A stretch of 64,000 nt of DNA from contig OZ004614.1 of assembly GCA_963924565.1 (NCBI GenBank), forward strand, positions 9,796,001 to 9,860,000. Direction: 5' to 3'. This document shows, in pieces, positions 1 to 12,758 of the stretch. The stretch comes from Ascidiella aspersa (Eukaryota). Position 1 is the first letter of the stretch. Every line of letters starts with the position of its first letter. A program made the translations under genes and the position numbers. A model generated the notes under the pieces. The model saw only the letters and a program-made list of their open reading frames with translations, had not been told where the DNA came from and ran no database searches.

Positions 1-3000
1 TACAAGTAAAATCCTTGTTGAATTAAACTACAAATCCCATTATTCAAGCCATTATGCAAATATCGTTATGTGTTTATGCATCACGTAATTCTTTTAACTA
101 AAGGTTTTGCAAGTTGTATCTACATAAACGTTGTTTGTTCGCGCTTCGTGCCTTTAGACCACATTTCAGCTGCACATTTGCGTATGAGTTCGCTTTACAA
201 AACAATTTGCTTTTAAGATAAATTGCGTTGCAGCGTAACGTTTTGACGTAAGTTTGTGACGTCATCTCTACTAAATTTCATGGACTCTCCCAAACAAAAA
301 TCCTGGGGTCCGCATCTGGTCAAGACAACCTATATCACCGCTATAGGCAACATTTAGATTTCGAAGTCGACCTGATTGATTCCCCTTAGCGCAAATCGAC
401 CTAACTGATTCCCCTTAGCGAGTCTGTGATGATGACGGTGCCCAATGCGACGCGAGTGTTTTGTTTAATCCTCGTGTTGTGTGTTGCGAGCAAGATGCAA
501 CTGACTTTCCTCGCAGTAAGGGAGGAGCGGTACTCAAGAGAGTTCAGCTTGCCCCCTTCCGGTTTAGGGTCGACGCCGGAATCACACACACCGCAATTGC
601 TGTCATGCCTCTATCAATCACTGGACGAGGTCATAGAACGTAAACACGTTTTCTGACTGCAAGTAACATCGCATCGAGTATGTTGTGTTTCGAGATTGAG
701 CCTTGAATGAGCCAGGGCTCGACTGCTTGCCTGCTTTGCATTACTTGTGTTGGTTTAATATTGGCTTCATGATATCGAAATTACGGATATCCGATATTCC
801 GCGTTTAATTCTGATACCCGAGTTGGGAAACTTCAGCAGTCGTATCACATGCGTTTCGAAGCTTACTTTTTCTCGATTGTTAACTTACAAAATTTGTAAA
901 AAAAATCACCCTCTAAGTTAGGAAACGATGTGTTGTTAACGGTGGTTTAAATACCTATAGATTATTGACTTATTAGCTATCACATAACAACCTACTTTTA
1001 ATGATTACATCAATGTCATATCGGACCTCCCAAATCAGAGCAAAAACACTAACTCTTTCAGCAGGATTAAATTTTACCTTAAAGACTTTAATTTACTTAA
1101 ACAGAAACAGGCCCACGCAATTACAATCCTATACGCAACGTGTCTTAATATTACATAACAATAAATAAGAAAATAAATGGAAAACATAAACTGGGGTGGA
1201 TACTTACTTTTAATACATTAAAGTTATTTAAATCGATTGTGTTAGAGTTAGACCAATGATCTTTGACCGGGCGTGTATTCCATTGAATGTAAAATTAATA
1301 AATTACTTGTGGAACACCTGGCTAGCTTTCACGGAAAGTGTTCCGCAGAACACCGTTTAAAAATCACTGAGCTATAGCGATACAATTGATATGTACGAAA
1401 TTATCGATATGGTTAATTAATCTTTCGAAGGAGCGTTGCAAACGTTTGTTGTGGAACACAGGCTCACTTAGGTTAATCTGTCAGCCAGGGAAATCGCACA
1501 ACGAGAAACTAATCATTATCCCGCAGCTGGGTGCAAATCGAAAAACGACAACAGCATAACATAGTCCACGGCAGGCGAATATCCGCTCTTATTCAGTAAT
1601 CAGTAAAAAGTATTTGGATCGAGCGGAATTAATGAATTGCAAAACACAGCGACGTGACAAATCTGTGTCACACAAGTCGCTTAGAACGATGGCCTGGGTA
1701 CGAAGCAAAAGCGAAATGTTAAATGATTGGCTTTATAATCACCGGCGGAAATGAATAAGCAGCTGGCAAGCTTACACACGTAAACCGACGAAAACAATAG
1801 TGGGTCGAGAGGAGCTTTTGTTTTGTTTACAGCGCAGTTTTGTGGTTGACCGTTGTTGGGCTTAATCACTTTCTCGCTAATTTTTCGCGTCTACGACTTC
1901 CGAGGCCTCATTTTACTGCGAACTGTTTTTCATTTATTTCGAAATTGCGCAAAACAACATTTGTTTTACTTTGTCAATTGTCGAACAACCATTTTGTGGG
2001 AATAAAAGGTTGCAGCTTAACAAAAATCTAAACGGGCCCGGGTAGGCAAAAATCTAGTTGTCGATAGCAATTCTCAGGTCTATCGTACACTAGACCGGTG
2101 GTTCTTTAATTTTCTAAGTTAAAGAGGATAATTGTGAGATGATGAAGCCGGATTTCAATTTTGAATCTTCGTTGAAATAAAACCAAAAGGTAATCCCATA
2201 ATGTCGTTTATCCATAAATTCCATGTTGCTATTCTTTAAGTGAGTGGTTTTAAATGTACAAACTTTAAGAAGTAACGATACTTGTTAGAAACCAGTGTGT
2301 TTCACCGAATGCCTGACGTTGCCCATGTAAAAGTAAATGTTTTGTGTTAAACTTGTCATGGTTAAATTTTGCAAAGGAAGCCTTTTAGTGTTCTTCTGGC
2401 GATGTAACGCGTTTTCTTACATTAATAACTATAATCTGGTACCGGAATAGAACTAATAGTTGTTCCCAATGTTGTAAAACAGTCTCAGTCGATTCATTTG
2501 AAAAAAACTCAAGCCCAAGTCACGTCCTTTGCAAAATAACAAGTAAAGTTGCAGTCGACGTCATTTGTTTCCCAATTCAAGTCATTATGAGAGCAAGTCA
2601 ATTTCAAGTCATGTCATTGACAAAAAGGAATCTGGTAAACTATTAAAATTGGTAAACTCGTCCGACTATAAAAACAATTTAACGAAAATATAACATAAAC
2701 GCAGTATACAGCAATAAAAGTGTTTAATGTGCAAAACTTTAGATAAATTTTAATGAAAAACACTTAATATAATTCCAAGTTATTTGACAAAATGACGTAA
2801 GTCCAAGTCAAGTCATTTTGGTCGAAGGACTTAAGTCAAGTCAAGTAACATGTAAACAGTGACTTAAGTGCATTTAAGCCAAGTTAATGACTTGAGTCAT
2901 TTCAACACTGGATGTTTCCTATAAACGCCGCAAACCGATGAGCACGTACAGTATACATTTGTTGTGCAACATTTTGCAGCCTTACGATTTCGACAGTTAA

Positions 3001-3324
3001 TCAAAATATTTTTTTATACTAAGCAAATGCTTCGGAAGCAACTTTACCAAATTACGAACACAAGTAGACGAATTTAATTCACACGGACTTTAGTTGTTTT
3101 TGTGCTTTCTAAAAGCATAAGCACTATGTTGAGGTTTAATCCTAGATGTCAAATCGCTGGCGTTGTTCATAAGTGCCCGATAAGCAAATTGTACCGCGTA
3201 AATGGTTTGTGGTGCAGCTCAAAGAGACCAACGGGTCCCAGATGTTATCGTGGACTAATCGCACTGAACGGTGCTCAGCTAAGTTAAGTCCAAGTGAAAC
3301 AATCAGCCTCCCTTGTGTATCCAG

Positions 3325-3565
3325 GTACGACCAGGACGACAGATCCCAAACTAGCATCATGACCTGGTGGGCTTTCCGCAAGGCGTTCATGGTAGCCTTC
3401 TTCCTCATTTTAAGCGGCAACGTGTCGGCCTTGATCCACGGAATCGCCGACAGCGCTTACTTTGTCGGCCGAAGTGGAGGCTCCAACGCCAAACTGAGAC
3501 TGAGGCTTCTCAGCACTTCAAGCAGCTCGTCTAGCCGCTGCGAGAGCCACGGGGAAGCCTTGGCG
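3325..3565 (+). CDS. GPCR exon: ECL1-TM3-long ICL2
   Basis: ccttgtgtatccag|G TAC GAC ... GCC TTG GCG|gtaagt. Confidence 0.75.
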
Positions 3566-6500
3566 GTAAGTGGGTGGAATTTTGATTGCCATAAGGCATA
3601 AGGTATCTCTTTTGAGCCGATGCCGGATGATGGTAAACCAGTAATGATAAACCTGGAACAAATACCATGTGGTATAGTATCGAAACTACACCGCCAAACG
3701 GGCCTTAACTATAAACATAAAAAATAGGTTGAAACGGGTATATATCACTAAAATGCAGGTCTTATTCTAAACATATTGGTATACCCAAGCATATGTTAAA
3801 AATCGACTGCTCTGAGAAGTAGCTCCAATCTAAAAACCTTTTATTTTTTTTATGGATTAGTTTTCCCGCCATTTTTTAATTACTTGCTTTTACACGTATA
3901 TAATGAATCGAATTTTGCACAGACTTTGTCGGGCCTTTTATAATTTTGAAAAACACAGTTAAAACATTAATACCAGTTAATTTTAAATATAAGGAATAAG
4001 CAAATCATTCCTATTCCGACTTTATCACATTTAAGCCCGGAATTCCATCCAATTAAAGCGATACTGGCCCTTTCCAGTATCGAAATTTGCTAAAGTCAGG
4101 TAGGCCTTGACTTTTACAATTTGACGATACTAGATCGTATAGTATCAAAGCTCGACAAAAAACTAGAGCCTTGATAATTGCAACTTTTATGATTTAGGTC
4201 ATAAAGTATATGGCAATTAAACGAATACTATAGGCAAAGTGGTAAATGGATCAAGGTCTAAAACTTGTGAATATGTCAGCGTCGTTTAATGCCAATATCA
4301 AGTCTGTTGCAACTCTTGTCTCAATTCAAGTCGATCCTTTAACATTGACCTATGAATTCGTTCAGCCGAACCGATGGCTACTGAATATTTTCTTACTGTT
4401 GTATACATATGTTTATGCAAAAAATAAGTAAACTTTCCACAACACATTGTTATACGTAAAATAATTACGTGAGGTCAACTAAGTACGGTGACTAAAGTGT
4501 CAGCAACGCCATATAGGCCTATAGCTTTGATCTTGCTGCTGGGCTTAAAACCACCGCCGAAAGGTTAAACATATGGAAATTGATCATGCGAGTCGCGTGA
4601 TTAGAGCTTAAAGCAAACAGCAAGTACACCATCCAACCGCTCTGTGAAATCGACACCCTTCCTTGATTAGGCATCGGGTTGCCCGTATGCATCACGGCCA
4701 AGGCTGTGTTTTTTCGCAAACCATCAGGCTTGCTGTGGTTTGGAAAAACAACGAAAACCGTATCCTTGATTAACAATGTACAACGGCACGTGCAATGTTG
4801 CTGCTGCATCAGTGCTAAGGCGGCTAGTTTTTTGCTGGTTTGGAGAGAAGAACTACAAGTTCTTTACATGAATAAGGGCTTTGGTAATCGATAGCTGGGA
4901 TCAGCGCGCGGGAAATTGATCTCTTTTTTCCATCCATTCGACTGAAAATTTGTGTCTTTGAGTGAATCTATTTACGATCGCTATAGCGCTGAATCTTTAA
5001 CTGCAATTAAGAGACAATCTATTCTTCGAGTGACAAATGTAGGCATGTGGACAAGCAGCAGGTCTTGAACACAATATCGATTAGATAATATAACTGGCAA
5101 ATAGCTACGGGTACATTATACACCGACTTGCAATTTAGCTTGATAATAAGTAAATGGACATCATCTTGATTAGAAGTGTTTTCTATACGCACTTGTAACA
5201 CACTAAATGTTGATGATACAAGTGCGGATCGAAATTTCTTTATAAAGATGATGTCGATTTATGCAACTTTTTCGGCTATGGCATTAATTATCTAGCTACA
5301 ACTGGCAATATTATGATGTTAACTTATTGCCTTGTCCAGGCTAATATAATGCAATATTGTGTTAAGAGCATTATTACTAAAAAACAAGATAAGTTATAGC
5401 GCGAACTACAGTATGCGGTAAACAAATCACAGCTGAAGTCTGCATGGTCATGTTCAATACATTTATGAAACTTCAGATGAAAAAGAGGAGGGCCTACGTC
5501 ATCATTTCGATTACGTGGATCTTGCCGTTCATCTACAGTTTGCCGGCTGCCTTCGGATGGAACTGCATCAAGCATTGCGACTGTATGCCGGGTTACTACG
5601 GAGGGTACCGGTGCATTTCAAGTTAGTAGCGCTCATGGCCTTTTTGTGAACCCATCTTTGCATCCTTTAGATTTCCATTGTGACTTCACATAAGTGCAGT
5701 TATTTAGTTTAGCCGCACGTGAAGAACTTAAGGTTTGTCGGCAATTGAATGACTTTAAACAGGGGTAGCCAACGATTTGTCTAGTTTTTTTTCACGCCCA
5801 ATTGAGATGCGTTTCGATACGCCATATTAACTTTTATTCTGTTTTAGAATATCATTAATTAATTTAAAACGCAGTATCAGCTATTTAAGTTACTATACTC
5901 CCGTTGCACTTTTAACGAGTCTGCTCTATTTTTTTCCCTATGCTATATCTGGGGATAGCGTGCCAAATATAATAGTGTTTTTGGTAAGATTCTTTCTTTT
6001 TAACTTTTTTACAAAAAACGTCTCCTGCCGCAGGAACAGACGCGGCTCTCTGCTCCCGAGTCTGGAGTCCAATGAACAACGTCCACCTCCTTCTGGCGGC
6101 CATTATCTGGTTCGTAGAGCTCATCATAATCGGGGTGAACCTCTTCTACGCCTTGCACAAGTACTACCGCACCTCGGTGCGACCCGCGCCCCATTCGACC
6201 GGCGAACGGGGGCTGGGTAAGTCCCAGGGAAAGTCCCCGACTTTATAGGCCTTAATGTACGTTGATAAGTTGGTAGGCGCGCTAAGAGCAACAACTCTAC
6301 CAATTTATGATAGGGTTAAGTAAGTTAGCGCTTGTTCCCCTCAGAGTTGGTCAAGGGTTAGCCCAATGGTTTATTTAATTTGTAATAATAATGATTTCTA
6401 AGCATAAGGTTTTTCCAGGATTTATTTAAATGTTAGCCTAATGGTTGCACATTGATTAGCCACTTGGATAGGTTCTAGGGTTATTTAAAGAGTTATCCAA

Positions 6501-9500
6501 ATCATTGTCGTTTGGCTATCCTTACGATTAGGTAGAGAAATAGCACTTCCAGGCTTTACATCAACTCTTATTCAACAGTTATTTAAGAATCGTAGCCTAC
6601 TGGAGTATCCAAGGATTAGATCTAGGTCAACCAATGTTTATCTAAATATTTTGCGCCTGGGCTAGTTCAGCAATCTTAAGTCATCGACAGCCAATTATTT
6701 TAAGTATATCTTCTGGCAAACCTAAAATTTTCAAGAAAGTGTTTTACAATTTCCAAGATACAATTTTAAGAAAACTGTTCTACGTTTAGAAATTGAAGTG
6801 AATAACGCGATTACCCAAAATGCTTTCAAACAAACAATTATATACAAGTCGATCAATTGATCGAAATAGATTAAGCTAAAGTCACTCGTTTAACTGACTT
6901 CATTCGAGTAAAGTCACTGGTCCAAATGACTCGAGTCAGTTTAGGCATTTTGCCAAGGAGATCAAGGACAAGTAAAGTGAAAGTTTAATTTAGATACATT
7001 TAACGTACAACTGTTCAGGATAGCCGTGGTTTTATACTTTCATAGCACTTTTTTCTGTTTGGGCAGACGAGTCTACGGTATCAGCTCAAACTGCCCCTCC
7101 ACCGACCACAATTCACAAACGCTCCATCGACAAGGCACCAGCAACCACGACAAAGGTAACCCTCGTCCTTAGGCATTTCGAACTCATTTCCAATTTGCCA
7201 GAGGCCAACACTTGGTTGAGTATTGCATGGGTTGTATTCGTTGCCACACTTTAAACAATATTGAGCGCGTCTATCTCTATAAGATCTTGCGAATACGGAC
7301 CAGGATTTTTGCTACGAAGCAGAACGAAAATTTTATCTTAGATGGTAACCTTAAGTAACTTGCTCTGCCCGGTCGATCTCGTGCGCAAATGTGTAATTGC
7401 AATTGTAATTGATGTATCCATGGAGATTAAGGACTGCAATGGCGTCAGGGAATTTTATTTGCCTTTATGTGATTAAACATAACAAAATTTATTACTTTAA
7501 AGGGGTCGTGGTGCACTGGATACACAGAAAGTCTCAAGTTCCCAGATACAATAGCCATTAATTCGAGATGACTGTCATAATCTTAGAGGAGAACATTGAC
7601 CCAAGCCTTCTGGCAGCATAGACCACTATTTAGTAAATATTTTACAGATAGTTTAGGTTTGCAAAAATTATTTTCAAATAGGAAGATGACTCGATGCTAT
7701 ATAAACGGATCAATCCCGGTGTATAATCCATCGTGCTCGGAAAGAAATGTCCACCGGGAAACGCGTTTTAAATTTATACTAGCTGTCTTTAGGTCAATTT
7801 ACGTTGATTGGGATTACGTTGCATGACTCATCTCGGCAATTATTATTGGGTGTCAAACAAATGTTGAGGGACTCGGGACTTGGGCGTTTTGCGGGAATCG
7901 GGACTCGAGTATGACCAATCTGCCGTAATTTTGTGCAATATCTTGCACTTTTTATTTTAAGCCAAGAGGTGCAATGCCAACAATTTCAGTTAGGCCTACG
8001 TTTCTCTTTGATTGCATTCGCGCAAGAGAACCCCAACGTAAACGTGACTGTCGGCATACAATTTTTACAAATTTTACTACAGGTAGTAAAAAAGGGAAAG
8101 AATTGTTCAAGAGAAGACCTAACAAAATTGCGAATATGCGGGATTAGGTGGGCAAAAACTGTTAGTTCTAATAAACATGACGCAATGCGCGAACAAACAA
8201 TATGTTCATATTGCTCGATATAATTATTATAATTGTCTAATCTTATAAAAACTGACCTTTCAAGAGGATATAAATTCACACTATACACAACACGATTTAG
8301 TTACATGAGGCCTTTTGGGCAAAAATTACTTTGCGGGGGGGTGCACTGGATGATTTCATTAGATTTTAGAAGGGCGGCGTAGTTTTTAATCAGATATCAG
8401 TTTTAACAACTACAAACTAAGTCTTGTGAGAGGGATACAGGATCCTGCTCAGAACAAATGCGTAACTTTAACAGGTTGTCTAAGGCGATTTGTGTCTTGT
8501 TTATGCAGACTGCACCTAACCTATCACTCGCGTCATGATTTCCTTCGTTTGGTTCCACGGTTATTTTACATACAAGAAACCGAAGAAAGCAACGTAATTG
8601 ACATTCCCTTAAACAATAGTTTAACATTTACGCCAGATTAATATAATTCTCACTAAAATTGTAGAAGGTTTTGCCAAGTCTATGGCGTAGATAGGTTCAA
8701 AAGGTGCGAAATATAGCTATATTTAGCGGATCAACATTTCCTTACTTTAACCTTTTTGAATTGAAAAATATTTCATTAGTTTGCTCTAATTGGGCATTAA
8801 AAAACTATTTTATTATTGGATGGCAAATATGTTGATACTTTAGACTTTTTATAGCTGTTATTTCCAGGTAAGAATAAAGCCCCGATATCACAAATGTTCA
8901 AATTTCGTTTGACAAAATTGTCTAATTCCGCTCATTTTCGCAGCCTTGCTTTTAGATAACGAAATTCAAAAGATAAAAAGCCAAACTACAATTATAAAAT
9001 GCAGGTAATATCAAAACCCATGCAGAAGTAGGTATCATTTTGAACGTTCGAATAACTCTTCATTCATATTCAACATGATTACTTATGTATGGGCTTTGAT
9101 AATCTTATTACGTCTTACTACAACCTCCAACAATTATTATGCTCCAAAATAAATAGCATTGTTTCATTTCAGGCGATGCTGACCAGACCGATGCACCCGA
9201 CCGTGAAGTTGCTAATCCTCATTTCGGTCGCCTACGTCATGGCCACGGTTCCGGTAATGGTGTGCGTGGTCACCGATTTTGTTGGCGCCACCAGCCTGGG
9301 GGCCACATTGGTCAGCGACATGGTCATGACGGCCGTGTCCAGTCTGGTAGTACTCTACTGCTTCGCCTGTCCAGTTATTTTGATCGCCTACATGCCCGGA
9401 CTCCGCAGCGCCATCGTGCGCTTATTGATGCCTTGCTCGTGCACCTCGACCAAGGTCACCGCCACTTTTATCCGCGGCGCCAGGGTCAGCGAGAGAAGGT

Positions 9501-9538
9501 CGAGCCAACGGAGGCAGGCCAGCCAGCAGAGCGCCTAG
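3325..9538 (+). CDS. Class A GPCR, EDG (S1P/LPA)/cannabinoid-like, 5'-partial; exons 3325-3565, 5477-5621, 6034-6216, 7067-7155, 9173-9538
   Basis: Five GC-richer exons with AG/GT ends join in frame (phases 2|0|1|1|0) for about 340 aa. TM3 WAFRKAFMVAFFLILSGNVSAL resembles LPA1 WLLRQG...ANLLA. TM4 ITWILPFIYSLPAAFGWNC carries the LPxxGWNC signature. Hydrophobic TM5-7 and helix 8 (PGLRSAIVRLLMPC) follow. TM1-2 exons were not found and probably lie upstream of the window. Confidence 0.85.
5477..5621 (+). CDS. GPCR exon: TM4 and Cys-rich ECL2
   Basis: cttcag|ATG AAA AAG AGG ... TCA A|gttagt; encodes MKKRRAYVIISITWILPFIYSLPAAFGWNCIKHCDCMPGYYGGYRCIS. A weaker in-phase donor exists at 5592. Confidence 0.8.
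6034..6216 (+). CDS. GPCR exon: ECL2 end and TM5
   Basis: cctgccgcag|GA ACA ... CTG G|gtaagt; TDAALCSRVWSPMNNVHLLLAAIIWFVELIIIGVNLFYALHKYYRTS. This frame is not in the ORF track. Confidence 0.8.
7067..7155 (+). CDS. GPCR exon: ICL3 (Thr/Pro-rich)
   Basis: ttttctgtttgggcag|AC GAG ... ACA AAG|gtaac; bridges phase 1 to phase 0 exactly as the flanking exons require. Confidence 0.7.
9173..9538 (+). CDS. GPCR last exon: TM6, TM7, helix 8, C-tail
   Basis: tttcatttcag|GCG ATG CTG; two hydrophobic helices, then a Ser/Arg-rich tail and TAG. Confidence 0.85.
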   Translation, partial: AMLTRPMHPTVKLLILISVAYVMATVPVMVCVVTDFVGATSLGATLVSDMVMTAVSSLVVLYCFACPVILIAYMPGLRSAIVRLLMPCSCTSTKVTATFIRGARVSERRSSQRRQASQQSA

Positions 9539-10185
9539 TAAACTTCACAAAGCGACTGGGGCTACTCCCTAAATAAAAGTTTGCGATTTTTGGACACAAG
9601 TTTTCTGTACACTGGGATAACAAGTGTAAAATCCAGTGGTCCACGGCATTTTTTTTGCTACAGACAGGTCAAGATACGGAAATTGATCAGCGGCCGGCTG
9701 AGAAGCAAACTGTGTTTATAATTTTAGTTAAATATTTTGATTTAATCCAATTCAAACTTCGTTACAAAAAATACAGTTCCACAAAAAATAGTAAATTATA
9801 CATATTTAGCTCGAACTAATTTTTTTAACTTAAGGCAATAAAAATTTAAATAATTGAATATCGCTTGCCCAGATCTGTACCACGGATAATGCCCTTCATC
9901 TAGAAGTTGTGGACAATTGGTTTAAAAAAACACAATCTTTCATCGCTATCCTAAGATTCTTGATACAGATATTATACTGTTCTTCAATTAAAATGACGGT
10001 CGGTTAATGCCAATTTGGGCAATACCTTTCTATTAATGACAACCTATTGTGACCAGCTTTCTTTTAAGCTGCGCTATTAACTTTTATTACAATAGTTTAC
10101 ACCGAGTGTTCGACGGCAATGCAGGCAAGTAAATCTTTAAAAGCGTAGTAAAACATATGGTTTAGCCACAGAATGTCACCATTGT

Positions 10186-10628
10186 GATGTACTGCGGAGT
10201 CGGAGTCGGCACTCGAGGAGTCGGTTTGATTTGCGGGAGCCGGACTCGGGACTCGAGTAAGACCGCGTAAAACTACCCGAGTCCCGAGTCACGAGTCCGA
10301 CATGCGCATTCGCAGTATTAAATTTTTAAACCAATATGGCCGCCAACTGGAAATTGCAAAGGTTGAATATCATATGGTGAAATATTTCCAACCATGTATT
10401 GTGAGTAAATGAATTATATGACACCCCTATAAATGGATTGCTGAATCTCCATGTTATTTTAGTTACGTAAATTAGCGCAATACAGGCTGTAGAGTCAGGG
10501 TTGGACCCGGTACTCGACGAAATCGCACATGTGACCGGAGTCGGACTTAGGACTCGGGTTTTTTTTTTGTCCGGAGTCAGACTCGGAAGTCGGACTCGGG
10601 TTGTTTTTAACCGCCTCCGCAGCACTGA
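10186..10628. mobile_element. hAT-like MITE with GAGTC/GACTC subterminal arrays
   Basis: gtactgcggagtcgg ... ccgcctccgcagcactg; many ggagtc/gactcg motifs near both ends. Confidence 0.7.
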
Positions 10629-12758
10629 ACAGGAGTGTAACGAAATGGAAACTTGTAGATATCTGCAAATTTTTCCATACAACCAATTAAACAGAAGCGT
10701 ATGTCCCATACATAAATCAAATAATCCCCATAGCAACATTTGCTATGGGGATTATTGGTACTGTTTTTTTTTTTCTTTTTTTCTTTTATTTTTTTGGTTT
10801 TTTTTTATTTTTTTTTAGCAACATTTGTACTGGGTTTTAGTGCGCAAACAAAATATGACGACTAACGCGAGATTGATTGCGATAAACATTTTCTCTCCGG
10901 CCTAATTACTATGGTTGATACATCCTTTTATGTGGACAGCTTTAAGCACTGTATGTATACTTTACTTCATGAGTAAATGGCTCTTTATAAATACTGTTTG
11001 TGGCTGAAATGCGACACGTTTACAAAAAAGCTTATCCACCTTTGTCTTTTTGCTTAATATGGAGGCCTAATCTTTTGTATTTACCACAATTTGTTCTGCG
11101 CCATTCCAAGAGCCATGTTGTAGTATTTATTTTCCGTATAACTGCAACAAGAAGCCATAATGCTTCCAAAGCCATTTTCCGTGTGTAAAAAAAAATCTAT
11201 TGAACCAACCTCAACAATTTGTTTCATGTATGTATAGTTTTCCAGATCTTTACCCAAAATACAATATAGTTCAACGTATAAGAGTCTTACGTTCAAGGTT
11301 TTGTTAATTTTGCGCTACTTTTTTCGGTCTTTTAATAATGTCCGAAAACTCCGTCCTAAATATATCTTCATTGTGTCAGTATGAATGCAATTAACTGAAA
11401 TTCCACCTACGATACAAAACTCGTTTGAAATTAAGGGCAGGTCTCACTGTGTTACCTGTGCAGAGAGATTAGCGATGTCTTTAATCTTAAGTTTATAACG
11501 ATTCTTAAATCTCTTTCTACGGTCACCCTCTCTGTTCGACAATTTTTCGCAGTTTTCCCAATTTCACCATTATTACATTTTTCTGTGCCTATACGTTGCA
11601 GTGAAGTTCTTCTTGCGGAAGTTGCATGCTTTGTATATATATACTTTCTAAGCCGAGACCATTTCTGTCAACTCTTGGTTGGATACGAATAAAAGTCTGT
11701 ACTGTGGTTATCGGCTGTGATTTTTTTAAGGAATGTTTTAACTGGAAGACTCTGCTTTTATTCGTTCAGTTCGTAGGTTCCTAGCCCGACAAATTTCGAT
11801 GATAAACGTGTCAAAAATAGCATTATGACATTAACAAAGCCTAATACGCAGTAAGGTCCTCGAAAATAAGATCTTAATCTATCGCAATAATAAGTCACAA
11901 ATGCATCGGAGGAAGTCCTATAGATGGACAAAATATCGACTGTAGGGAAAGGATATGCGACGATCGGGGCCATTAGTCTGGCATCGGCCGTTTCGGTGTG
12001 AACGTTTGAGCGCTCCAGTTTAATAAAGTTGAAATTACAAGGGAGCTAGTGAAATGCAGTTTTAGTCCTTTTACAGGGCTAGGTCTTGTTATGATTAAGA
12101 CGTTATTTCTACTAAAAGTATTATTTCTATAGAATCTGCGTTGATGTTATTCAATTTCTGTGTTAAATCTTATATTCCTTTATGTAGTGTCACGCACAAA
12201 ATATTTTAAGCACGTTAAAAAAAAAACAACATATTACCACACTGGTATAATATTTACCAAAATACTCGGATTAACAAAACATACTGCGTAAATGCTTTAC
12301 CCAGTACCTCGATGCAGATTTCAATTCATTTTCTACTAGCTTATTATGATGAATTAATTCATTTTTGCGGATTTCTGAATTTGGAAGAATCAAAAGTAGG
12401 GTTGATCAGCCGTAATTATCCCAATTATTCGAGTGGGTTAGTTTTAACTCCAGACTAGATATGTCCAATAATATTATCAGAACAAATACCCGGTTCGGTA
12501 ATCGGCCTATTTGACCATACGTCATTTGGTATCGTTTTGGACAGCCATACTTTTTATCACAATTATTGCTTATCGATATTAGAGAAAAAGTTTAGTATCG
12601 AACATTCCTAGTCGTGGTCAAGTTCGTAATCCGGACTTTTCAGATCCTATCCTTTGTATGACAGTTCAGACACTATATAGTCTTTTGGAAAAACACCGCC
12701 AAGTTGAAACTGAATAAGTCAGACGCCAAAATGGCGCTATGTTTACAAACGTTTAGAC

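Noticed and set aside
367-421. Short tandem duplications (also 48925-48972, 54726-54786, 46585-46632)
   Set aside because: Ordinary local slippage or repair duplications.
3173-3324. 5' extension of the 142-aa ORF (MLSWTNRTERC...) as the GPCR N-terminus
   Set aside because: The following helix aligns better to TM3 than TM1, and a good acceptor lies at 3324; not fully excluded.
4671-4883. Possible extra GPCR exon (71-aa ORF with CCCC)
   Set aside because: No GPCR motif, awkward phases, and 3565 joins 5477 directly in frame.
6290-6680. TTAGGG-like degenerate periodic sequence
   Set aside because: No true telomeric tandem array; a degenerate low-complexity intronic repeat.
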